From: Welwitschia mirabilis
Taxonomy: Eukaryota
DNA length: 37,547 bases
NCBI GenBank assembly: GCA_051453625.1
Contig: JBOZIK010000001.1
Span: 38,699,993 to 38,737,539, forward strand
Direction: 5' to 3'
Shown here: positions 11,160-22,739 of the stretch, one piece after another
Numbering within the stretch: position 1 is the first letter of the stretch
How the letters are laid out: every line of letters begins with the position of its first letter
Program-made: the position numbers and the translations under genes
The notes under the pieces: model-generated
The model's input: only the letters and a program-made list of their open reading frames with translations
The model's database searches: none
What the model was told of the DNA's origin: nothing

Positions 11160-11657
11160 GTCATTGATGTCAAAAGGGAGAAAATATTGTCTTGTTCCTC
11201 ATGTCTGCTATTTCATGTTTGTTGTTTAAAAGCTATTTGTGGTTAAACATCTGTTATCTATAGTTTTTTTTTTAATACTTAGTGGTAGTCACTACTTTTC
11301 CAAACATATTTTAAGACAACTTTATCAGCGCTATAGTGGTAGTCACTACTTTTTCAAACATATTTGTCTCTTTATCAGTGCTATAATATTTGTCTCTTTA
11401 AGACAACTTTATCAGCACTATAATATTTGTCTCTTTATCAATATTTGTTTTTTAAAAATCTATCCCCCTGATTAATTATTGTGCTCTAATGTTTGCCTTT
11501 TTTTATATATCAAAATATTATGGTTATATCAAAATATTATGGTTATTACTTATCATACATAGCATGTTGATAGGGGGAGTTTACAAGATCTCCTATCAAA
11601 TTGATATTATTTATTTATGATCATATATAGTTTTCCATCAATGTCAAAGGGGAAGAT
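11160..11657 (+). promoter_or_regulatory. Multiple polypurine tracts and a repeat-rich 3' UTR of the Sirevirus
   Basis: GATGTCAAAAGGGAGA (~11166), GATAGGGGGAG (~11569) and ATGTCAAAGGGGAAGAT (11641-11657, abutting the LTR). Multiple PPTs are a known Sirevirus hallmark. Short tandem duplications at ~11280-11450 and ~11506-11543. Confidence 0.8.
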
Positions 11658-12678
11658 TATTGAGTTAAGTTTGCCAAATTGATGTCAAACTAACATATTG
11701 TCTCTAGATTAATATGTTGCAAAAGTCATAGGTTGATAAAGCCTTGCAAGATAGTTGAATGTTCATGTTTTCTCTGGATCTCATTTTTCATGATTTGCCA
11801 AAGTTCAAGATGGGTCAGCCGGTTTCCAAATGGGGTTGATTGTACCTGGGCAAAGACGGTTGATCGAACTTCAGAAGGTCTAGTTTCGGTTGACTGGACA
11901 TCAGAAGGGGTCAATCGAGTCAAGAGACGTGAGTCACTTAGGTCGACTGGAGGAGAAAGGATCGACTGGGTCAAGTGACGACAATTAATTAGGTCGACCA
12001 GATGTTTCAAGGGGTCGACTGGTCGAAGCAGAAGCAAAATTTTTTAGACTGTTTTTCTAGACATTACTTTGCACCTTTTTTAGTTGTTATCATGTCAGAA
12101 GCTTTTAAAGATGTACTAAACCGATCTCCTATATCAAAAAATGAATAGGAACCTTTTGCCCACCACTTTTTGTTGAAAAAGGACAATTGTACTATTGATA
12201 TCTTTCTAGACACACATCTGCACTGCAAGATCTTGTACTTGTCGACTGTTGCTCCAAGCAATGTATCTCATCATTATTGTACTTCAGACCGGTGAGCCAG
12301 TGCACTTAGGCACACTTCCATCACCAAAGGCATTACTCTATAAAGGTTGAGACTGAGCCTTTAAAAGTCCGTTTGTAAAGGTTACAGGTTGACTTAAAAA
12401 CCTGGAAGAAAAGTAACAAAGATCCGGATTAGCTTAGGGTTGAAGCTGAGAGCGGAGAGTGGAGTAGAAGTGTTTTCTGAACCACTATAAACCACTTGTC
12501 TACTGCACAATTTCTATTTTTCGTTACTGTTACTTCCTTCTGATAGCATTCATTAAATCCATTAGGCTAGTTCTTCCCTTTTTGTTTAAAATTATTGTTA
12601 TATGTGTTTGTATAATTTTTAACAGAAATATTGGGTAAAAACCTATTCACCCCCCCTCTAGGGTTTGTAGATCCTTCA
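11658..12678 (+). mobile_element. Sirevirus 3' LTR (~1021 bp)
   Basis: Begins TATTG (decayed TGTTG) right after the PPT and ends CCTATTCACCCCCCCTCTAGGGTTTGTAGATCCTTCA. Homologous to 1703-2531. Right flank is CTTTG. Confidence 0.92.
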
Positions 12679-13053
12679 CTTTGCCCATTTCACTACAGGC
12701 TTGGAAGGAGATCCTTACTGGAATCTATATTTCCTCACCCTAAGACTTGGTTCATGCTTTCTGACTATGGACACTTTGGAGCAATTTGGAGGATACCCTC
12801 TTCTATTGGAAGTCCTCCTTTATCTCCATTCCCTACACTTTTCTTTTCTTTCAAGCCCCTTTTACCATGAGGTGCATTCCCTAGGCTTCGCTTATGCTCT
12901 ACCCTGTTCCCTAATTACTTTGTACCTTGAGGGATATCATTCGGGTACCTAACTTCCAACAACCCTCTAGAACAAGTCTAGGTTGCCTTACCTTGGAAAG
13001 TGGACATTGTTGTCCTTTCCACATCTAAGGAAAGGAATTTACATCAACACATC

Positions 13054-13390
13054 TCTTTGCTGATCCTCTCCAGTTCAAAATATTTCTCCAGGCTACTCCA
13101 CCCTTCAACATAGGCTGTGGGATTCAATCCTTCTTAAGGTTTGGTGCTTCAATTTGAGGCCTTCTCGTTGCTTTGTTCACTACATAGACCTGTTGAATAT
13201 GGTCTTCACCCCATCATGTTGTTGCCATTCCTTCAATTTTGTTACTTTTATAGGCCATTTCATGTCTTTGCTGATCCTTTCTGGTTCAAAATATTTCTCC
13301 ATGCTGCTTACCTATTCAACATATTTTGTTGGATTCAACCCTTCTTAAAGTTTGGTGCTTCAGTTTGAGGCCTTCTCATTGCTTTGTTCA
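13054..13390 (+). repeat. Diverged ~126-bp direct repeat (13054-13179 and 13265-13390, offset 211 bp)
   Basis: TCTTTGCTGATCCT...GTTCAAAATATTTCTCCA...GGATTCAA...GTTTGGTGCTTCARTTTGAGGCCTTCTCRTTGCTTTGTTCA occurs twice. Confidence 0.9.
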
Positions 13391-13503
13391 TTTGAGCAAA
13401 TAACCACTCCGAGGACCACCCATCATGTTCTCTCCTTTTGGTGGTCTTTAGTGAACTCTTCTCTTTCTTTTTCTTCATCCTCTTCTTTTACCTCCCTTAT
13501 CTT

Positions 13504-13561
13504 ATGGACGTCAAATTGTGTTTCCTTAGTCAATGGATGTCAAATTGTGCTTCCTTAGTCA
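13504..13561 (+). repeat. 29-bp tandem duplication
   Basis: ATGGAYGTCAAATTGTGYTTCCTTAGTCA x2. Confidence 0.9.
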
Positions 13562-14216
13562 ATGCCATCATGAAGCTTCTGTTGCCTGGATCCTCTTACC
13601 CACATTTCTAAGGTCGCTTGCTTCTTGGGTGCCATGTATTCATTGGCTTTGATTCTGAATGATGCTAAATGGCAACAAAAGCTAGGACCTAGGGCCTTGA
13701 ATCTTCAACCAAGTTCAAGACTGATGATGAATTAGTGAATTTTCTTAGTCTTTATAGACTCTTGATTGAAGGAAAAGCACTTTGCTTTTTGATAAACTTT
13801 AATTTTCAGAGGCTAGAAAACTAATTACATGATACCAATTGGGATTACATAATAAGACTTGCGATTCTACACATCAAAGTTCCAAGTATTGAAGACACCT
13901 CACCATTATAACCAAGGGAATGCATTAAAATATTTTTCGCATTTTCTTGTCTTTCACTACTTCCCACATATCTTTGCCTTTTGTTATTCATATGTCCTTT
14001 GACTTGGCTTATGACTCTTCAGATTTCCTAACCATGAACTTTACTTTAAGCAACAACATGCTTGTAGTGACACTGTAGTTTTATGCTGTCACTGTAAATG
14101 ATACTAGAATTCAGCTGTGATGTTGATGTAACTTTAGGAATTTCGTATGCGAGTCTTGCACTACTACCACTATCATGGCAAGGTTGTAGTAACTTGGGAA
14201 TTTTAAGTGATGAAAC

Positions 14217-14735
14217 CATAGTCATGAAATGTGGATCTGAATCGCGATTCGGGCGATCTGGTTCTCAATCTAGTGGGAAAAAGGCTCCAAATCTGTTTTG
14301 GATCGCGATTGGCTCTAGATCTCGAACTGGAGGCTCTGAATCGTGATCTAGGGTGATCCCCTTCATAGTGATCCAAAGCGACCCGCAATGATCTAAAGAG
14401 ATCCGTGGAGAGCTAAAGAGATTGGTAGAGATCCACAAAGATCTGGAGAGGTTTGCTATTTTTTGAGCTTCAAACCCAACATACACGAAATATTTTGATC
14501 ATGTTGACCTTCTGAAGTAGGTGTAAACTAAACAATAAGTCAGAAGACATTTTAAAGCTTTAATTTTTGGTTCAATTAAAGATTAGATTGATCTTATTAG
14601 GTTTTAAATTCATTCTAAGGTTTTTCCATGTTTGCTATCCACAAAGATCTGTAAAATGCTTTAAAGTGATCCGACTATTTGGAATCTCCAAATCAAAAAA
14701 ACAATCCATGATCTGATCCACATTTTACAACTATG
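14217..14735. mobile_element. Non-autonomous hAT-superfamily element (MITE-like, 519 bp)
   Basis: Perfect 8-bp TSD GATGAAAC (14209-14216 and 14736-14743). TIRs CATAGTCATGAAATGTGGATC and GATCCACATTTTACAACTATG. Dense GATC subterminal repeats. No transposase. Confidence 0.9.
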
Positions 14736-15184
14736 GATGAAACTTACACTGCTACAAGTCTACAAATCCAATTGTGAGTTGCAACAAATTCTGCAAATCC
14801 AATTGTGAGTTGTGACAACTTGTAGTGATATACTTTAAGCGTGAGACAACAATAAGTTGCTATTAGGATTTGGTCATTGAACAATCCTTATTGCAAGACA
14901 ACTGGACTTCTAGCAGAACTTGTAGTAAGACAATTTTAAATGATTCTCACAGGAAGTGAAGAATCTTGCTCCTCTATGGACCTCTAGACCAAGCCTAGAC
15001 CACATTTACATAGCTTTCAAATTTCTCAAGGCATGCTTTTCCACCAAGCATAAGGCTCTTTGAGTAATTTATGATTGTTAGTGAATACGACCAACCAATT
15101 TAATAGCCATTGGTAGAGAATTGCTTCTAACTATATTTTATTTCTCAATTTTGCTGAACCAATATGGAGTGAATTCACCAAGTT

Positions 15185-15218
15185 CTCTCTCTCTCTCTCT
15201 CTCTCTCTCGCTCTCTCT
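15185..15218 (+). repeat. (CT)n microsatellite
   Basis: Directly visible CT run with one CG interruption. Confidence 0.95.
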
Positions 15219-15703
15219 GCCTGCTAGTCTTGACCTGAAATTGACCTCTTTGAGAGGTTGAGTTGCACTGCACATTGGTACAGTATTACCTCAACAACAA
15301 TGTGAAGTTCCCATGATTTTAGTTGCAAATCCTCATATTTCCACTGCTTGAATTTGAGAAAGAAAGTAGCCTCTTCCTTCAGTCTCCATTCGTTTTGTCT
15401 TAACTCTTAAATATCTGTTGTGATCATTTTATGGCAAGTCTGTAGCAAATATGCATTGTACAATTGTGGTTGCTTAATTTTGTGTTGAATTTCGTTAGCA
15501 TTCTCTTTTTTACTAATTTATTGCATTATTTTATTTTATCAGCTCAGCAAATAGTTCTTATGAAATGCCATAGTCGGTTGGTTACTGGGATTCATCTAAC
15601 TAACAGTGTTGAATATTAGAGGCTATAGTTCTAACACAATACCTTGATTTCGGTTTAAGCAATGATCTTGGAAAAATTTCTTAATTTTACAGTTGGAATG
15701 CAG

Positions 15704-16071
15704 GCTTTGCGTCAGAGCATCAGGGGATGTCTGCAGAGGTCATTCACAAAGCAGTTTTAGCTACAGAGGAAGATTTCTTGTCCCATGTTACAAAATCTTG
15801 GCCTACTATGCCACAGATAGCTGCAGTGGGGTCTTGTTGTTTAATTGGTGTTGTTTGCAATGGAGAGCTATTCATTGCAAATCTTGGGGATTCCCGGGCA
15901 GTCTTGGGTAGGTCAGACAAGTCAAGTGGGAAGATTGTTGCTACGCAACTAACAACAGAACACAATGCAAGCATTGAGGCTGTGAGACAAGAGTTGCAGG
16001 CTTTGCACCCTGATGACTCACACATTGTTGTTCTAAAGCATGGGGTTTGGCGTGTGAAAGGCCTTATTCAG
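15704..16071 (+). CDS. Protein phosphatase 2C, clade D (PP2C.D/APD-type): internal exon
   Basis: Acceptor TGCAG| at 15703 and donor CAG|GTATCT at 16072. Encodes [13 protein letters not shown]...[28 protein letters not shown]...QLTTEHNAS...[23 protein letters not shown], which are diagnostic clade-D motifs. No stops. Confidence 0.95.
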
Positions 16072-18120
16072 GTATCTCGTAGTATGAGTTGTAAACTGTT
16101 ACTAAACTGAGGCAAGTATAGTGTTGACTTTCTTTTCTCTTTCGGAATTGCAGTTAGATGTATTGTGTGAAAGAGATGGATCCCAGAGGTTTATAATGTT
16201 TAATGTTGAAAATTTTAATGCCTAATAATCTTTTCATTTTTTATCCTTATACTTTTCAAAACTGTGGATTTATCCTCCTGATCTATGTTAAACAAGCACA
16301 CAAATTCATAATGCACCATTATGTGAAAATGTTACTTTCATAACCAATGTTTAGAAGCTCTGCTCTATGTTTCAGAATTTCTTGAAAAATCAACTGTCAT
16401 CAAGGGCAAAAAGGCTGGGTGCTTGTATGGGCATTTCTTGTGTTCTTTCCTCTATTCCATTTTGCTTAGATGGTCATCTATTCATTGTTTTGTAAAGCTC
16501 AATTTTATGCCATCCTATTCCAACTTGTGAATTTATTGAAATAAATATGCTAGATTTTTGTTTTTCACCTGCGTAAGTTATAAAGAAAAGACCAGAAATG
16601 TCAGTTGGGCTTTGTAAAGGGTTTCTGGAAATGCTTTGGAACTTTGTTGTTTCTTTTACATGGTAATCCTTACACTTAATCTCTTGACTATTTGCAAAAG
16701 TTTCTATTGTAGTCTGTGGATTCACTTGTTAAATACCAGAAAGAATCCACATATCAGGATATTGGAATCTATATGATTTGACCAAAGGATAATTGCTTGG
16801 GTTGGCAAGTGCATATTTAATCAAATCTCACATATAGTGATATAGTCACACATCCATAACTTTCTATCTTAGGAAGACACAGAGACACAAGGACATGATT
16901 CCAAGATGTGTATGGGATGTTACATTTGTGAAATAAGTTACTACTTATTAATCTCTTTATTATATGAACTATGTTATCTATTAAAATAGACTCGATTTCG
17001 AGAATGAATTTGTGATTTTAGGCCCTTCTAGGAAAACGTTTTATACTTCAAATGTTTAAACCATGAATGAATTAGAGCCCCCTGAGTCCCCAGCACATCC
17101 AGTGATATGTCTGGCACAACAGTGTTCTTTGATATTACAATTCAATGTCCCAATCAAACATTTATTATATACTAGTTTGCAGATATCATTTGATGCAAAA
17201 ATCTTTGGCAATTTGCTTTTTATGTGATTATCATCTTTAAAGCCTATGTCTCTTGATGTTTTTGATTTGTTAGTGGTGATCATGTGGTATAATTGTTTTC
17301 CTGATGATATAAGTTGACTACAAATGTTGGTATCCATGCAAAATCATTTATAATGTATCCATTAGAAACATCTATTAGTGAATATCAAAATACTTTTTAG
17401 GTAATAGAAATTACACTTGTGTCTTTTAAAGTATTACATCATCAGAATACATCTCCTTCACTGTTGAAGTCTTTACCTTCCTTTTTGATATTTAGAAGGC
17501 CGACTTTCATGACTAGCATTCATGTCATTGAACACCAAAATTGATTACAGAAGTCATGTGAGTTGGCCATGTCAATGTACCATCCAGAAGTGCAAAGTAA
17601 ATTGAAAATATAGTTTTTCCCCCTGTTTTTGAAAATTCTGCTCTAGAGCATTTTAGGTTCATTTCATTCTGTCTAGCCAAAAATTGGTGTTCTTGGGTTA
17701 TTTCTTTTCGGCTAAAAGACTGCTAATTGAATGCATAAAGCAATAGGGATGATTAGTTTGCTGATTTGAATTTATCTTATGGTCAAATACATTAATGCTT
17801 TGATTTATTGCCAGTTATTAAAGTCTGATTCCTTTGGGCTATTTTATCCTTTTTTAAAATTTAAAAAATTCATATATCTCCATGAGAAATTTGAGTCTTG
17901 TTGTACACTGTTTTCATATCTAAATTCAGTTTTGTTGAGGCCTGTTATCTAAAATTTGCGGCGCTTAACATAGAGTTCTTGAATGTGATTAGTACTTTAC
18001 AAGTGTAAACAGTTCCTTTCTTTCTTTAGTTGCTCATGTTCGAAGATGCTTCAATATGCAAACTCTTATTATTTATGGATGGCTATTTTGAAATTTATTT
18101 TGCCATGAAATATGTTGCAG

Positions 18121-18357
18121 GTGTCTAGATCCATTGGTGATGTATATCTGAAAAAACCTGAATTTAATCGAGAACCGTTGTATCAAAAGTTCCGCTTATC
18201 AGAACCTCTGCGTGGGCCTGTGTTGAGTGCTGAACCCTCCATACATGTTCAAACACTTCAACCACAGGATCAATTTCTGATATTTGCCTCAGATGGACTT
18301 TGGGAGCATTTGAGTAACGAAGAAGCAGTAGACATTGTCCAAAATCATCCACGAGGA
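18121..18357 (+). CDS. Protein phosphatase 2C, clade D: next internal exon (237 bp, phase 0/0)
   Basis: Acceptor TTGCAG| at 18120 and donor GGA|GTAAGT at 18358. Encodes [20 protein letters not shown]...LSAEPSI...[30 protein letters not shown], in frame with the previous exon. Confidence 0.96.
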
Positions 18358-18609
18358 GTAAGTGATGACGTTTGATGGCTGCTTTTTAAATGAGAATAAC
18401 TTGTGAATTCTTGCAGAGGTATTGGAGCAAAACACAATATATTCGTTTTAAAGGTATTTAGTACAAACTGAATGAAATACAATTTGAAATGAGAAAGGTG
18501 CAGAATCTTATTTTGAAAAAGGAAGTGATATACAAAGATAATTAAGAATCATCTACAAGAATTTCAATGGTATTATTTTAAGAAGCATGATCTTTGAATG
18601 ATGTGGTCC

Positions 18610-19967
18610 TGTTATGAGTTTAAGTGACATAAACGGAAAAACAACAGCAAAAAAAGCACCAAAGATTTACCTGGAAAACCCTAATCCAGGGAAAAATCCT
18701 GGCAATAGTGTAGAGCTCTCAATTTTTGATCATAACAGTGAAACCTAAGGACATAAGGAGTCCTTAACAGCTTGACAAGGGTGTCAAAGACAATAGTGGT
18801 TGCCAACAATAAACCCTAATCAACAAGCCTTAGTCTGGATTAGAATGCCTTCCTTCTACTCTAGACCCACGTTACATAGATTTCCATTTGGGTTAACCCT
18901 AATCTCATGTTGACATTAAAAATTACAAGTCTAACCTTACATACAATAAATGTAAGCCATGGCTTTTTCATCAAATCAGCAACATTTCTTTTTGTATGTC
19001 CGTGTTAACACTTACGTATCCTTCCTTTATGACATTATTTGAGAAAGTGAAACCTGACATCAATGTGTTTCGTTCTCTCATGGTATTGTCAAAAAGATGA
19101 CACTTTGATAATTACAAAACACAGAGTACCTTTGCTTTAGTCCCAAAGAAAGAACAAACAAGCTTTTGCTAATTGCTGTTTCACCCAACACAAAGGTATA
19201 AGCTGTTGTTGATTATTTGGAGTCCTGACTAGCAGCAAAGTTTGCATCTACAAGACTCTAAATATTTGAATAATTGAGTCACCACTACCAAATAACAAAC
19301 CTGCTGCTTGGGTATGTTTCAAGTACCTTTAAATCTACTTTAGTGCCTCTTAATGTTCCAGCTATAATTTCCCATAAACCTACTAACAACTCCCATTACG
19401 TATGCCATGTCTAGGTGTGTGCAGACCATACCATACATCAAGGAACTTATTGCTGAGGCATATTGAATGTTCTCAACCTTTTCAGGTTCCTTTGTTGTCT
19501 TCGGACAGGCTTATGTTGATAGCTTACAATGAGCAGCTAATGGAGTTTTGATAGGCTTAGCATCTTGCATATTAAACCGTTCCAACACCTTTAGAACATT
19601 CTCATTTTGGTCGAACCAGAGCTTCATTTGCTTCTTGTCCCTCGTAGTTTTCATTTCCAAAATCTATTTTGCCTCTCTGTAGTCTTCCATAACAAAATTA
19701 TTCTTTTTTTTCATTTGTTGATTTCGTTCCTGTCATTCTCAGCAATCAACATGTTATTAACACATAGCAGTAATATAACAAACTTACCTATTACTTTACT
19801 CGAGAAATACAAAATTAGACACAATGGTCCATTTCAGTTCTCTTGTATATCACAACTCACATGTAAAGGTGTTACTTTTTATACCATTGTGTAGGAGCCT
19901 ATTTGAAGTCATAAAGGGTCCTTTTCACTGTGCAAACTAGATTTGGATGTTATTGATTTAAGCTTTA
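18610..19967 (-). mobile_element. Truncated copia: 3' LTR (18610-18984) plus decayed RNase H and RT
   Basis: LTR reads TGTTATGAG...AGATTTACCTGGAAAACCCTAA...GGGAAAAA...CAGCAACA, the same type as 1569-1702 and 26366-26637. Minus-strand HERTKHID near 19060-19085 and NLVCTVKRTLYDFK near 19900-19945. Confidence 0.8.
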
Positions 19968-20087
19968 GTGGTCCTTTGTTAAGATTGGTGCAGATTTCTG
20001 ACAATGTGCAATGTGAACTTGGAGGATCTGTGGCTTCGGCCAAAGCATTTGTTGATTGTTTTTTCTAATTTCGATTCACTGGAAGCA

Positions 20088-22688
20088 ATGGATACAAATT
20101 TGGCTACTTTTGAAAAGTTCAATGGAAGTCATTACGGCCTATTGAAGATGAAAATTACAAATAAGTTGTATAAGAAAGGATGGGACACTACTTTTTTTGT
20201 GCCAATCCCTCATCTATGTTTGGTAAGGAATGATTGAGGCTAGACTGAAGGGCACCTAGCTTAGTCCAAACGTGTGCATTGTTGATTCAGTCTTGACCAA
20301 GGACTAAGAAGACTAGACGATGATAGGAATATTAAAGGAGATGGACATGGATTTCTAAGCTATGAATGCATGCATCAAGGCTTATCTTAACAAAATGCTT
20401 CCTTGAATGGATGTGCAAGAATTTAGGAGTTTTTAGATTTCTTGGCGCAATTTAATGTTGCTATAGCAAATCTAAAAGCACTAAGTTATAAAGTTTTGAG
20501 TGATGAATGCTCGTTAATCTTGTTGGGTGCCATACTAAAAGCTGGGGTAACACAATGATGATCTCCTTACAACGATGGACAATGAGTTGGTGGTGTTTTT
20601 AGGATGGAGGAATGAAGATGTTTTGAGAGAAGTGGATCTTTCTCTGGAGTTGAAGTGTGGTACACAGGGGGAGACTTAAAGAAAGAAACAAAGCAACAAC
20701 ATTATGTTGGATATGCAACAGGAAAAGACATGTAAAGAGAAACTACCTACTGCTTTTGTGTGATAATGTTTCCTCCAACAATGTTGAGTCTTTAGGATAG
20801 GTAGGCTTTATTGATGTGGAGGATGATCCTATCATGCTTTGAGGTGTTTTTGAGCTGTGTCATGGTGTACTTTCCCTACATCATGACATATTGCTAATGT
20901 GAGTTGTCTAGTGTATTGTTCTTGGGATTATTACATTCTTTAGTTGATAGAAATTTATACATTGATGTCAGAGTTCATAGAAACTAACCACACTAGACTT
21001 TTCTTGGATGGCATTGAGATCGTGTTTATTTTATCCTACAATTTGGCAAAAGATTTTTGTAGGCCAGGGCCTTGGAAGGCCTTGGTTCTAGTATTGAAAA
21101 GAATGATTTTGTGAAGAGCTTCCAAATTGTTGTAGTTGTAATCTAGCTATTCTCTATTATGATATAGCTTGGGTTGGTTAATTTGGTCATAAATGCTTTC
21201 ATCTTATTGATGGTTGTTTTAGTGTTGGGTGTGGTTATGAAACTCTGACTTGACACCAAACACGTTTGGTTTCCTAGACTTGGACTTGTAAGCCAAAATC
21301 GACAAACTTGACAAAACTCGGCTAAAACTTAGGAAGAATAAAAGAGCTAGCATTTTTCACCTTTTTTTCAAAAATTAATGGATTTTCATGCATTCCAATA
21401 AGATAGAGCATTTTTAAATATTAGACAAGTTTTGGACTACATTTCATTGATTAAGAAAACATAACAAATATGCTTGTTAAACTTGTCAGGGCAAGTTATA
21501 TTCACCATCTATTGTCAGTTTTGAAAAACATTTATTGTTTCAAGGACATACACAATGTTATGCAACTACTAAGAACATAGAAAATTGCAGAAATATTAAC
21601 GACACCTGAAATGAAGTAAACAACAAAATATTTTGTTTATTACTCAAGCTCCACAAGGTCCAAAATGCATAGAGACATGGAATTACATATGAAATTGCCC
21701 AATAGACAAATTACAACAACACAGAAATATAAATATCATGGGAGAAATGAAGTTGTAAGCCCTTAAGTCCTCCATTGTGCATCATTGTTGCTAATATATT
21801 TGATGTTCGATGCAACAAAAAACAAAGTTGATGGCACTTTCAAGTCATCTTTGTAGGGTCTATGTCTATTTATTTTCAATGTGATTCAAAAAATCATGTT
21901 TTTAAAACCATAGTTGGGTCTTTTTATTTCTATTTTTTGTCTTCTTTGTGCTTTTTAAGGGAAATGCAGATGAATGTGGGAGTCATGGACTCACCAGACT
22001 TGCAAGATTTAGGACACTTGGTGATTTCTAATGAGTTTGACGACTATGCCATTCTTAGAACAGTCTCGTCAAGTTCTTGCTCATAGACCTGCTGTGGTTG
22101 CTAGAACCATAATTGGGAGAGTTTGGACAAATGCGCAAGGAGTCTGTTGACTCTACTTTAAGGTGCCATCTTAGATCGATGTTATGTGGTATTGGAACTG
22201 TGATATTAGAGATCAAATCAATATTCTAGTTGCTTTACATAGGTGGAGAAGGTAGGTTTATTTTCAAGTGGTGCATTGTCAAGCTATGAAGCTACATCTT
22301 GAAGAATTAGAGTTCGTATGTTATGTTGTAACGTCATGAAAGTAGGTTAGCCTGTGTTAGTCTATTTACATGTTGGAACTAAAAGTTAAAATTTAAGGCA
22401 ATACTTATAGATAAAGGGAGCATGAGATTTATGGTTTTCAAGCCTGGCTTGGGTTTAAATCCGAACTCTATCTAAAGGGCTTGGATCTATACATGTTACA
22501 AAGTGACAAATTCATTTGCATGTTTGGTAATAGAGCTCTTCCTTAGCCTATGGGTGTTTCTCTTTACCTTTGAGGCTTTTACCATCTAAATATGTGCCTC
22601 TTGTAGCTCTTCTTATTTTGCCTTTTTTGTTGTTTCATGCTTCACTACTTTTGTTGTTGTTGTGCATGAACTCTGATTTTTCATAACA
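20088..22688 (+). mobile_element. Highly decayed copia: gag remnant and 3' LTR (~22277-22688), interrupted by a probable hAT element
   Basis: MDTNLATFEKFNGSHYGLLKMKI is gag N-terminal-like, with a knuckle remnant CWICNRKRHVKRN near 20705-20745. The LTR is preceded by TTCAAGTGG (as at ~25462) and ends TTCATAACA, like the LTR end at 24078. Confidence 0.6.
21230..22048. mobile_element. Probable degenerate non-autonomous hAT element
   Basis: Right end GAGTTTGACGACTATG (reverse complement CATAGTCGTCAAACTC) resembles the TIR at 14217. Left end is TGTGGTTATGAAACTC. GACTTG/AACTCG-like subterminal repeats at both ends. No matching TSD seen. Confidence 0.5.
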
Positions 22689-22739
22689 TATGCTACCTAT
22701 TGTTTTGAGATTGTAAAGTGATATTTTAGGTAGCAATTT

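Noticed and set aside
1692..12692. A single intact Sirevirus with flanking TSD, or an inverted match between TGAAAAGGGCAAG and CTTTGCCCATTTCA
   Set aside because: No direct 5-bp TSD, the 5' LTR is truncated, and internal domains are duplicated. The short imperfect inverted match is not an integration signature and may be chance.
18411..18600. Possible final PP2C exon (CAG-A-GGT-ATT-GGA..., GAAATGAGA nearby)
   Set aside because: It is out of frame with the acceptor, translates to GIGAKHNIF...* and lacks ARRLVK and HFHDDIT.
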